Shown: piece by piece, positions 27,472-36,636 of the stretch | How the letters are laid out: each line of letters starts with the position of its first letter | Position numbering within the stretch: position 1 is the stretch's first letter | Origin: Bacilli bacterium | GTDB lineage: Bacteria; Bacillota_I; Bacilli_A; ML615J-28; CAG-698 | DNA: 64,000 nucleotides | NCBI GenBank assembly: GCA_017962745.1 | Contig: JAGCUR010000016.1 | Location: 18,757 to 82,756, forward strand | Reading direction: 5' to 3' | The notes under the pieces: model-generated | Seen by the model: only the letters and a program-made list of their open reading frames with translations | What the model was told of the DNA's origin: nothing | Databases searched by the model: none | Program-made: the position numbers and the translations under genes

Positions 27472-30411
27472 TTAGCCTCTTTCCTGCCAAGACTTAATTT
27501 CTTCAAGGGATGGAACCTTGTAAGGTTTTAAAACATTACCGTCTTTATCTAAATATTTAAATTCTATCATCTTACGCTTAATCTCACGGTTTATTTCTAA
27601 TGAATAATCCGTAACTGCTGCTCTTACTGATACCGTGTTAAATACACATGAATTCCATGCATTAGAAATTCCACGTTCGATCATGTAAGTAGCTGGTGTT
27701 TGAGGAACTTGATATAAGTATTCCCATTGATCTAAGATGACTTGTTTATCTTCTTCTGGGATCGCTAGCGTCTTAAATGCTTCAAGATTAGCAGTATTCC
27801 ATAAGAATAACTGACCATAAGTAGCTTGGATTCCGGCCGCAAACCTTGTTTGCGTTTCGGTAGATAACCACCACTTCAAGAAATCCCAAGCTTGATCTTT
27901 TTTCTTTGACTTTTCAAAAATTACAACTGTTTTAGAATCAGCAGTTTGGGTTCTATTGATGTATTCATCTTCAGTTCCTTCATTATATTTAACACCAGGT
28001 GTTAATGTAATACCCCATTTACCTACAATTTCCGGAGCAGCATGAGTTAATTGTAAATAAGTATCGAAGTTAGCAATACCAACTGGACTCATACCATTTC
28101 TAAAATCGTTATAGAAGTTTTGGGTTGTAAGTGGAAGCGAATAAATCGTGAATAAATCAACCATCATTGTCATCGCTTGAATTCCTTCTGGCGTATCAAT
28201 TTCCGCTCTTAGGAAATCATCGCTATAAATATTGCATCCATATTGATAATAGAATGCGGAAGTGGTTCCAAGTGATTTTAAACCTGCTCCACCGGCCATT
28301 GGCATATAGAAATTCATTCCATAACGCTGCAAAGTAGGTAACATTCCGATAATATCTTCGTAAGTTTCTGGAATTTCTAAGCCAATCTTATCTAAAATAT
28401 CTTTTCGATAAAATAGAACTTGGAAATCTTGCGTTTCTGGTAAGCCGTATACTTTTTCACCTTCAATAAAACTAATTAGTGAACCTGGTGACATCGTCTT
28501 AATCGTTGTATAGAACCCGTCCATACTCCTAAGATCGGCTAGAGCCCCTCTAATACCTAATGTATAAGGAACCCCTGATCCAACCCCAATTGCCGCATCA
28601 GGTTGCGTATTAGAGGCATTAGCATATGTTAGTTTAGATTCATCAGGAAGTAAGCTTAGTCTTACTTTAATACCACTTGTTGGTGTATAGTAAGCATCTG
28701 CGAACTGTTGAAGAAGGGAAACATAATATGTTGAACGATTCATCCAAATAGTTACGCAATCTTTATCAGCTGCATCTACTTTTGATCTAAATACTCTTTG
28801 GCTAGTCGCAAAGTACTTAACAAAGAAATTATTTCTAATCTTTGGTAGTTTTGCTTGATCCCCATAAATATAAATCTTATCGATTGATAATGGACTAAAT
28901 GTTGATGTATGAAGGGAATTACTTAGCATTAGTGATGCTGATGCAGATCCTTCATATAAAATATTTAATTTAGTCGGTAACTTATTTGGATCTTTAGCTA
29001 AAGAGACAATCTTTTTGTATGCATTATTGATTTGTTGATACAAACGATTCTCTTTTTTCGGATTAGACATACTATATTTACTAACATATTCAAGTAAATC
29101 TTCTAATCTTTCTTTCCAATTGTTAAGTCTAGTTCTAGCAGTTGGAATAAAAGCATCGATATTCCAAGTCTTGTTCTTATCGCTATTACCACCAGTTAAC
29201 TTAATAATTTCTAGATATAATTCATTTATTTCATTAATTAAGCTAACAAGTTCATAATAAATTGGTGCTTGATAAGATGCATCAAGTTGGAATGTTAAGA
29301 AATGTTCACCTTCAGTGAAGTAAAAATACATGTCTTCATCGTTATTATTAAGTATTTCATAATCGTAAGAACCTTTACGATTATTTAAATTGTTTTTAAA
29401 ACAATATCTATTTAAGTTATCATATAAAACAACATTATCTAATAATATTTTTGAATAAATTGATGTAAATGTTTGGGAAATATAATACTTAATAGCAATT
29501 TTATAATAACCAGCTTCATTTACTTTAAAAGCATAAGTAATACTATTACCAGATTGATTGAATGAATCACCTGATAAGTTGTTTAACTTATTCTTTGAAG
29601 TTGAAAATGGTGTTAAATGTGGCATCTGACTAGATGTAGCAGAAATATCAGGAGATGATTTATAAGTAGGCTCTTCTCCTTCTAAAACTATCATCTTGTC
29701 GCTTGATGCTACATTATTTGGTTTTTCATAATTACTGTAAGAACTCTTTCCAAAAATATAAATATCACCAAGTAGTAAATCACCTGTAGCTTTTTCGATT
29801 TCAATCGTATGAGCTCCACTAGTTAGATAAATTGACATCGGTGTATCGTTATAATAACGTTGGTCGTATAAGAAATACTTGCTCCAAACATCATATCTAA
29901 CTTGCATTTGATTTACTTCATTTTGGTAAATATCATATACTTCCTCTCTTGAAGAGTCCGTCCAATATGTCGGTAAGCAGGCATTGGCATAATCATCGTT
30001 GTTTACGCCATCCACTCTTACGTTAACAGTAATATCTTGGACATCGTTTTGTAGAGACTTGTAATCTAGAGCTAGCTCGTATTCATCACTAGTCGCTACA
30101 TTTATATTAAAAGTAATGATATCATCACCAGACCAACGATATACTTTTTTACCGTATTCTTCATCATCTAGTAAGTTTGCTTCATCAATCACTGTATTAA
30201 TTTCAACTTTTTGATAATTCCTCTCTTCATCAAACGAAAGTAAGGTAGTATGAGCAGGGAACAAGTTGCTCCCTTGCTCATCTTTACTCACGTTAACAAA
30301 AAATGAAATTATAATTAATAAAAGATTTATTAAAGCAAAGACGAGAAAGAATCGTATAAAATACTTTTTAATCATCGCTCCGGTAATTTTACCTTTTAAC
30401 TTGAGAGCCAT
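27472..30411 (-). CDS. Large (979 aa) extracellular solute-binding protein with N-terminal CBM-like domains
   Basis: N-terminal TM anchor; two beta-sandwich segments (FNINVATSDEYELALDY, FKVNEAGYYKIAIKY); helical linker; family-1 SBP domain (YGLPETQDFQVLFYRKD, AWDFLKWW). Confidence 0.85.
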   Translation of the reverse strand: MALKLKGKITGAMIKKYFIRFFLVFALINLLLIIISFFVNVSKDEQGSNLFPAHTTLLSFDEERNYQKVEINTVIDEANLLDDEEYGKKVYRWSGDDIITFNINVATSDEYELALDYKSLQNDVQDITVNVRVDGVNNDDYANACLPTYWTDSSREEVYDIYQNEVNQMQVRYDVWSKYFLYDQRYYNDTPMSIYLTSGAHTIEIEKATGDLLLGDIYIFGKSSYSNYEKPNNVASSDKMIVLEGEEPTYKSSPDISATSSQMPHLTPFSTSKNKLNNLSGDSFNQSGNSITYAFKVNEAGYYKIAIKYYISQTFTSIYSKILLDNVVLYDNLNRYCFKNNLNNRKGSYDYEILNNNDEDMYFYFTEGEHFLTFQLDASYQAPIYYELVSLINEINELYLEIIKLTGGNSDKNKTWNIDAFIPTARTRLNNWKERLEDLLEYVSKYSMSNPKKENRLYQQINNAYKKIVSLAKDPNKLPTKLNILYEGSASASLMLSNSLHTSTFSPLSIDKIYIYGDQAKLPKIRNNFFVKYFATSQRVFRSKVDAADKDCVTIWMNRSTYYVSLLQQFADAYYTPTSGIKVRLSLLPDESKLTYANASNTQPDAAIGVGSGVPYTLGIRGALADLRSMDGFYTTIKTMSPGSLISFIEGEKVYGLPETQDFQVLFYRKDILDKIGLEIPETYEDIIGMLPTLQRYGMNFYMPMAGGAGLKSLGTTSAFYYQYGCNIYSDDFLRAEIDTPEGIQAMTMMVDLFTIYSLPLTTQNFYNDFRNGMSPVGIANFDTYLQLTHAAPEIVGKWGITLTPGVKYNEGTEDEYINRTQTADSKTVVIFEKSKKKDQAWDFLKWWLSTETQTRFAAGIQATYGQLFLWNTANLEAFKTLAIPEEDKQVILDQWEYLYQVPQTPATYMIERGISNAWNSCVFNTVSVRAAVTDYSLEINREIKRKMIEFKYLDKDGNVLKPYKVPSLEEIKSWQERG

Positions 30412-30461
30412 GTTCCCTCCTCTTTTTTATTAAGTGCTTTTAAAAGTTTTGTTTTTTAATC

Positions 30462-31973
30462 TTAATATTCTAATCCCATTGAAGCATAGTCATCAGCAAC
30501 AAGCTTATTGATCTTGTCATTTAATTCTTTAGTCATATAGTTAATATAATCATTAATTGAAATCTTGCCTTCGCAAGTATCCCATACTAAGTCACCAATT
30601 GTTAGAAGATTACCTTCTCTAACACCTTCAATTGAAATACCAGTGTTAAATGTATATCTTGCTTTTAAGAAGCCAGGAACTGTCTTATTACCTTCAACGA
30701 TAACTTCTACTTTTCCCGCATTAACTGCATCAAATGTTTCTTGTAAACCTTTCATCTTAATGTATGAGAACCATTTAGTAGAGATTTCTGGTTTTGTATT
30801 TAGTGGAATACAAGTTAAAGATAAACCTGCATCTGGGTTTTGATCTAAAATATCGAACATTGCTTGAGCGCCTTCAGCACCGAATGTCATATATTTTGCA
30901 ACTTCATAAGCAGCTTCAGCGTGTTTTGTGCTCTTAGAAATACATATGAAGTCAGTAGCAGCTGTTACTTTTCCGTTAGGATATGAAGTAAATGTGCAAT
31001 CGAAATCAACATTTTCATATGTTCCAGCCCAAGAACCTTCTTGGATGAAGCCCATTCTACCAGCGATAAATACATCGCTTGGAGAACCTGGACCTAAAAT
31101 TAAAGATCTATATTCTTCGGCGTCTTCTCCTTCACCGACTGTTGCTGGAATTGAGTTATAAACATATTGGCTTTGTGGATCGCCTAAATCAGCAATAACT
31201 CTTAAAGCATCAAGTAATGCTTCACTTCTGAAATCAAATTCATGACCATTCCAAGTAAAGTGTTTAGTTCTACCAGTTGTATCGAATGTAGCAGGAAGCC
31301 AGTTGATCATATCACCAACAGCGTTCATACCGATAACACCAGTTCCATCCATATGGTTAATATCTTTCATTGATTTAACTACATTAATCCATTGTTCAGT
31401 AGTGAATTCACCAGGTGCGAATAATTCTTCTGCACTCTTGTCACCAGTTAGATAATCATCGATTAAATCTAAGTTAGCAAATAATCCCATGTAGTATTGA
31501 CCAGCAGGAACTGCATAGATCTTATCATTGTAAGTAATTGAATCTCTTAAAGCAACTGGAATATCTGTCCATTCGCTATCGGCTTTAGCAAGGCTAGTAA
31601 TATCCATTGCCCATTGGTTAATAACAGCACTAGGTACGCTATTAACAAAGAATACATCAGGAAGTTCGCCTGAAGCAGCCATTGTAGCTAAGAATTCATC
31701 ATAACCAGAGCCATCTACTGGAACTACCATTTCAATACGAATAGTGCTTGATGCTTTATTAAAAGCTTCAACTCTTCTTCTTGTTAAATTATTATCTTCT
31801 TCTGTACCAAAATTCCAGCTACAGAATGTTACGACTGTCTTACGTGTTTTACCACCGCCACCGCCTTGGCTTCCGCCGCCGCCTTCATTTCCGCCTTCTC
31901 CACAAGCGAATAGAATTAAACTAAATAGGCAAATAAATACTGCCATTACAATTGTTAAGAATCTTTTTTTCAT
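30462..31973 (-). CDS. Sugar ABC transporter solute-binding lipoprotein
   Basis: Lipobox LFAC and Gly-rich linker; ASGELPDVF, KIYAVP, KHAEAAYEVAKYM. Confidence 0.88.
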   Translation of the reverse strand: MKKRFLTIVMAVFICLFSLILFACGEGGNEGGGGSQGGGGGKTRKTVVTFCSWNFGTEEDNNLTRRRVEAFNKASSTIRIEMVVPVDGSGYDEFLATMAASGELPDVFFVNSVPSAVINQWAMDITSLAKADSEWTDIPVALRDSITYNDKIYAVPAGQYYMGLFANLDLIDDYLTGDKSAEELFAPGEFTTEQWINVVKSMKDINHMDGTGVIGMNAVGDMINWLPATFDTTGRTKHFTWNGHEFDFRSEALLDALRVIADLGDPQSQYVYNSIPATVGEGEDAEEYRSLILGPGSPSDVFIAGRMGFIQEGSWAGTYENVDFDCTFTSYPNGKVTAATDFICISKSTKHAEAAYEVAKYMTFGAEGAQAMFDILDQNPDAGLSLTCIPLNTKPEISTKWFSYIKMKGLQETFDAVNAGKVEVIVEGNKTVPGFLKARYTFNTGISIEGVREGNLLTIGDLVWDTCEGKISINDYINYMTKELNDKINKLVADDYASMGLEY

Positions 31974-34900
31974 TTTTCTTCTCCTTTTATAAAATTCAAT
32001 TTTTCTAAAGCCTTCTTAGTCATATCACAACACATGAAATACTTCCAAACCGTCTCATTTTGATAATTATCTAACATGATAATGGTTGGACCTTTATCAA
32101 TACCAATATAGCAATCACTAATATAGCCACTATCTAGGTTATATGAATCACATAACCCATATTTTTTATTTAATCCTTCAATTGTATTAAAATATTCTAA
32201 TGCTTTTAAGGATTCTTTTGGCGTAAATACAATACTTGATAGAGCTGCATAAGGAGCAACACTACCATCTAATTCTTGCTCAATTGGTTTACCAAAGCCC
32301 CAAGGTGGTGCTCCAAATACCTTATAACACTTTTCTCCTTGAAATGCGGTTAAGCCCCAAGAGTTTTCCCCATATGATTTAGACCATGTTTGATCGATAC
32401 AATATTCTCGATTTGCAAGGGTTGCTTCAACCGAATTTTTAAACCAATCAATATTATCATCGGTTTTTAGATTTCTAAAATCGATAAAACAGTGACTAAA
32501 CTGATGGATGAATAAGGCATTTGTGTAACAATGAATTAATTCATCACCTTTATATTTACCAATGTGCCTTGTAAACCCATGATATAAATCTAGCGAGTCT
32601 TGCTTACTTGTATCATCTTTAGCCGCATACAAGTAATACATCATCAATTGTTCTGCGTAATGATTCCAAGTCGCTGGACAATACCCATTATTTTCTTGCC
32701 AAATATGATTTGAATAAGCCATCTTAATTACTTTCTTGCCATTTTCTAAAGTAACAAAGTGATCCCAGTCAACTCGATTGACTAAATACTTAACATCTTT
32801 TTCAATATCACCTTTAAAGTAACTTGCTGCTGTGATTGCCCCCATTAATAAAATGGCGGTATCGATTGTAGAAAACTCACTATTTTGATTTTCCCCCGTA
32901 ACTGGATCCACAAAGTGTGGTAACAATCCATGGAAATCTTCAATCTTTAATATTGAATCAATGGTATTCCTTACAATCTTTCTTGCTTCATCTTGACTAA
33001 TTAGGTTTCTACTTGCCGCTACTACCATCGCTGCTAGTTCAAAACCAACGCCTGCTGTAGAACAGCGGTATCTTTTCGATGTTGCAAAGATTTTATCAAG
33101 GGTTAAGCCATTTTCTCCTGATTCACCTAAGAAAAAATCTAAGCATCCTTTAATTTCTTTATTGATCAATTCATTTTCTAAATAAACATCAATAACTGTA
33201 CTATCTTTAATTAATGATTTATCAAATACAAAGCCACCATTTCGATAATGGTTAGTTGCATCTTGATATTTTATCTCTTTACCATTTATTAATAATTTCT
33301 TCTTAGTTTGATTTAGATGATAATGAATTAATACATCTTTATCGTTTATTTGATAATTGAGGCTAAAATCTCCTAAATAACTAGGAATTAGCGGATCCAT
33401 AATAACTTGTTTTGCTTCTTCTTTAATTCCTAAGAAATTAGTAATTAAATTATTTAAATAAATTCCTGGGCCACTTGAATATACTCGCCAGCCACCTTTA
33501 ACGCCCACTTCACCATTTTTTAGTTTATTAAAATTAGCAATTGCATCATATCTAGTATTAAAGCAACCATCGCTACTACTAAAATATGAATTTCTTTGGC
33601 GCGGTAAAGCATTTTTAACTACATCCGTTACAATGATTGGATTAATCTTTTTAAGTCCATCATAGAAATGACATGATAAACCTAATTTATGCATTGCTTC
33701 TAAATATCTTACATTAGCATGACAATACTGAAGTCCAATTTCTCTACCAAAGTTAGCAGCAGTTTCTGCACGGTTGAAATAAGTTTTAATTCCGCCATTA
33801 TACTTAACAGCATCACTCATCAACCTTACGCCATCTGGAAACATCAAATTATCATCGATAATCTTAGCGCATCTAATCGCTTGATCATAATCAAACATTT
33901 CGCTAATGATTCCTCTAGTCAGAGGCAGCAAACGATACTTAATGCCACTAGCTTGATCTGATGGATGAAGGATGTATTCAATTCCTTCATTTCTAAAATG
34001 AATGAATCCAGCTGGCACTCCATCTTTAAAGACTAATTTGTTGTAGTCTTCTTTAATGCCACTAGCAAGTTTTGATAATCTAATCGATAATTTCGAATCT
34101 ACTTCGCTTAAAGAAAGAGATAATTTCTTAAATGCTTCATAAGTTAGACATGTTGTCCAACCTGATACCATTTCTTTCTTATGGTCGCTATTAGCAGGCT
34201 GAAGTGTATCATCCCAGTCACCACCACCATAACAAGATAGTTTAGTACCATTTATGAAATTAGCTTCAATTGTATCTATTTCTTTTATTAAATGATCTTT
34301 AATGCTATAAGCTTCAGTATATTTAATACCTTCGCGACTAGTATATGGTACTTTCTCATCTAGAATCGCAAAATCATCAGTTGCTTCTAAATATTTAGCT
34401 AGTAACATTGCTGGCCATACGATAACATCCCCATGGCTTGATAAGTCTTGAATGTTATAAAACTTATCAAACATAAACCATTGAGGGAAATTACCATTTT
34501 CAATATATTGGTGCTTATAAACATCTAAAATGATGTTTTTAGCACTACCAAACTTATGCATACTTAAGAATAGTTCGGCTGGGCCTTGGCAAACATCTCT
34601 AGTTCCCCATGCAGCACCACTATATTGTTCTAGTCCATGCGGAGTGAGATAATGACACATCGCATCATGATAATACCAATATACTAAATAATTTAATGAT
34701 TCTAACTCTTTAACCCCTTCAATATTAAAGCCATTAACAAACTTTTTAGCTTCAGCTAAATAGTTAGGAACTTCTTTTTCAAACTCTAAATGTTTACTAT
34801 CGGTAAAACTGCTACCAATAAATAACTTAAAGTTATTAGAATTTAGGCTAAATGTTAATAAGTTTTCATCTCTTGATTTATTATCTAAATAAAATACGCG

Positions 34901-36472
34901 ATCATCACTTACTTCATATACTTGATTTATACCAACTTTGAAATATAAATCCGGATATCTATTATAAGTCATTGAATCTTTATCAAATAATACTTTAGTA
35001 ACTAGCTCTTCTTTTTCTATATGAATTAGACTTTCATGTTCCCTCTCACCCATAACTAAGTGATTAGTGATGATTAAATCATATTTAATTCCTTTAAGTG
35101 ATTTAAATTCCAATTCAACTTTTGATGTTTCATAACTTACATATGATTTAATTTCTAAAGTATCATCTTCAAGTTTATAAATCCATTTAAGGTAATTAAT
35201 ACCCATGATAAATACGCTCGGCATACAAAGTAGCTTGTATTTATCACCATGTTTAATAAAAATTCTTTGTCCACTAATCTTTTGTACATTCAGTGGATTT
35301 CGCAAATTACTTAATAATTTATTAAATGATGTGTTTCCACACACAACTTGTGAGTTGAACAGACCAAATATATAACCAGTTGATGCCATAACATTTTCAA
35401 AATCATAAGTAACATCATTAAACTTGTTTTGACTGTAAATTATATTGCCACTAGGTCGCTCTAAATATTTTTCTTTATGATTTAAAACAACATGCGCTTT
35501 ATTATCTAGAAAGAATGATGCTAATATTCCATCGATTCTTTCTTCTAAGCATCGATTAGGAAATAAATCTTTAACTTCTTCTTCATCTAAATCTTTACCG
35601 TTTAGATAATCTAGATAACTGATCTTTAAATCTAGACTAGAATATTTATCTTCTTCAAAAATATATTTTCTATTTTCGACTTTTTTATAAAGTTCTTTAA
35701 CTTGATCTTTATATAAAGGTTTAGAAATAGCTTCTGGATGCCTATCGCTATAATATGAATAAAATACTATTCTTTTTGCTTCTTCTAAATCAACTTTTTC
35801 ACTTTGAATTGCATGATATGCAAATTCATATTGATAAATTTCGCTATCTAGCTTTGGTTTAGATAAGCTAACTGGTAAGTTAGTAAATTTATAATCTTTA
35901 CCAAAGAATTGAAAACCATCGATATCATAACTAACATTTTTAGAAAGCGTTGATGTTTCAAGATATAAGCTATCACCTTGGTTTTGACGTGAACATAAAG
36001 TATAGCCATCATCATCTAAATATGCTTTATGATCAATATATTGTGATACATATGCTTCATTATTAGAGATCGCATAAATATTACTAATTGATACATCTAA
36101 ACCATAAAATACTTCTACTATTTTACCTTTAGCTTCACTTAATCTGACATCAAATAGTAAAGCGTTTTCAATAATTGAAAAAATAATATGGTACGATACA
36201 CCTTCAAAACTACCTTTATATACGACATAATTATTAATATCATCGTTAGTAAAAATTACTTTTGTTGGCGAATCAATACCAATCATTCTAGAATATTTAC
36301 CATCTACTCTAATGAATAAGTTAGCAACTGATGGTTCTAAGTTGTTACCAACATATGTATTGATGCGGTTTATTCCGCTTCTAATTTCTTGGATATTACC
36401 ACTTTCTAAGATCTTAGCATTAAGAAATTCACTACCAATAACATACGTTTTGATTTGATTTTTCGGAAACAT
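31970..36472 (-). CDS. Fusion of GH94 1,2-beta-oligoglucan phosphorylase (SOGP-like, aa 1-~1097) and a GH144 glucoamylase-type domain (aa ~1100-1500)
   Basis: GH94: HGLEQYSGAAWGTRDVCQGP, GDWDDTLQP, GREIGLQY, GGWRVYSSGPG. GH144: STAGVGFEL, HGLLPHF, EFSTIDTA, YAEQLMMY, LFIHQFSH, IGIDKG. No signal peptide; one continuous ORF. Confidence 0.87.
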   Translation of the reverse strand: MFPKNQIKTYVIGSEFLNAKILESGNIQEIRSGINRINTYVGNNLEPSVANLFIRVDGKYSRMIGIDSPTKVIFTNDDINNYVVYKGSFEGVSYHIIFSIIENALLFDVRLSEAKGKIVEVFYGLDVSISNIYAISNNEAYVSQYIDHKAYLDDDGYTLCSRQNQGDSLYLETSTLSKNVSYDIDGFQFFGKDYKFTNLPVSLSKPKLDSEIYQYEFAYHAIQSEKVDLEEAKRIVFYSYYSDRHPEAISKPLYKDQVKELYKKVENRKYIFEEDKYSSLDLKISYLDYLNGKDLDEEEVKDLFPNRCLEERIDGILASFFLDNKAHVVLNHKEKYLERPSGNIIYSQNKFNDVTYDFENVMASTGYIFGLFNSQVVCGNTSFNKLLSNLRNPLNVQKISGQRIFIKHGDKYKLLCMPSVFIMGINYLKWIYKLEDDTLEIKSYVSYETSKVELEFKSLKGIKYDLIITNHLVMGEREHESLIHIEKEELVTKVLFDKDSMTYNRYPDLYFKVGINQVYEVSDDRVFYLDNKSRDENLLTFSLNSNNFKLFIGSSFTDSKHLEFEKEVPNYLAEAKKFVNGFNIEGVKELESLNYLVYWYYHDAMCHYLTPHGLEQYSGAAWGTRDVCQGPAELFLSMHKFGSAKNIILDVYKHQYIENGNFPQWFMFDKFYNIQDLSSHGDVIVWPAMLLAKYLEATDDFAILDEKVPYTSREGIKYTEAYSIKDHLIKEIDTIEANFINGTKLSCYGGGDWDDTLQPANSDHKKEMVSGWTTCLTYEAFKKLSLSLSEVDSKLSIRLSKLASGIKEDYNKLVFKDGVPAGFIHFRNEGIEYILHPSDQASGIKYRLLPLTRGIISEMFDYDQAIRCAKIIDDNLMFPDGVRLMSDAVKYNGGIKTYFNRAETAANFGREIGLQYCHANVRYLEAMHKLGLSCHFYDGLKKINPIIVTDVVKNALPRQRNSYFSSSDGCFNTRYDAIANFNKLKNGEVGVKGGWRVYSSGPGIYLNNLITNFLGIKEEAKQVIMDPLIPSYLGDFSLNYQINDKDVLIHYHLNQTKKKLLINGKEIKYQDATNHYRNGGFVFDKSLIKDSTVIDVYLENELINKEIKGCLDFFLGESGENGLTLDKIFATSKRYRCSTAGVGFELAAMVVAASRNLISQDEARKIVRNTIDSILKIEDFHGLLPHFVDPVTGENQNSEFSTIDTAILLMGAITAASYFKGDIEKDVKYLVNRVDWDHFVTLENGKKVIKMAYSNHIWQENNGYCPATWNHYAEQLMMYYLYAAKDDTSKQDSLDLYHGFTRHIGKYKGDELIHCYTNALFIHQFSHCFIDFRNLKTDDNIDWFKNSVEATLANREYCIDQTWSKSYGENSWGLTAFQGEKCYKVFGAPPWGFGKPIEQELDGSVAPYAALSSIVFTPKESLKALEYFNTIEGLNKKYGLCDSYNLDSGYISDCYIGIDKGPTIIMLDNYQNETVWKYFMCCDMTKKALEKLNFIKGEEK

Positions 36473-36485
36473 AAATACCTCGTTT

Positions 36486-36556
36486 AGTAAACGTTTTACT
36501 GAATCGTTTCAATAACTATACATATGCATTGTATCATACTGAAACGTTTTTGTAAA
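36486..36556 (-). promoter_or_regulatory. Promoter and three LacI-type operators of the glucan operon
   Basis: TTTACA(36551-56)-17 nt-TACAAT(36528-33) with extended TG; CG-centred sites AGTAAACGTTTTACT (36486-500), TGAATCGTTTCA (36500-11), TGAAACGTTTTT (36540-51). Confidence 0.78.
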
Positions 36557-36595
36557 CTTATATAACTATAATTTATAAATTAATGTGTATTGGAT

Positions 36596-36630
36596 AAAAA
36601 AAGATTTAAAGAATTATTCTTTAAATCTTT
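36596..36630 (-). terminator. Terminator after the cotH-like gene
   Basis: 15-bp perfect inverted repeat aaagatttaaagaat / attctttaaatcttt plus T-tract. Confidence 0.8.
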
Positions 36631-36636
36631 ATAAAA

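Noticed and set aside
31970-36472. Cyclic beta-1,2-glucan synthase (Cgs/NdvB) call for the 1500-aa ORF
   Set aside because: No GT84 domain or TM helices, the domain order is reversed, and the context is an importer plus GH3, so a catabolic role is favoured.
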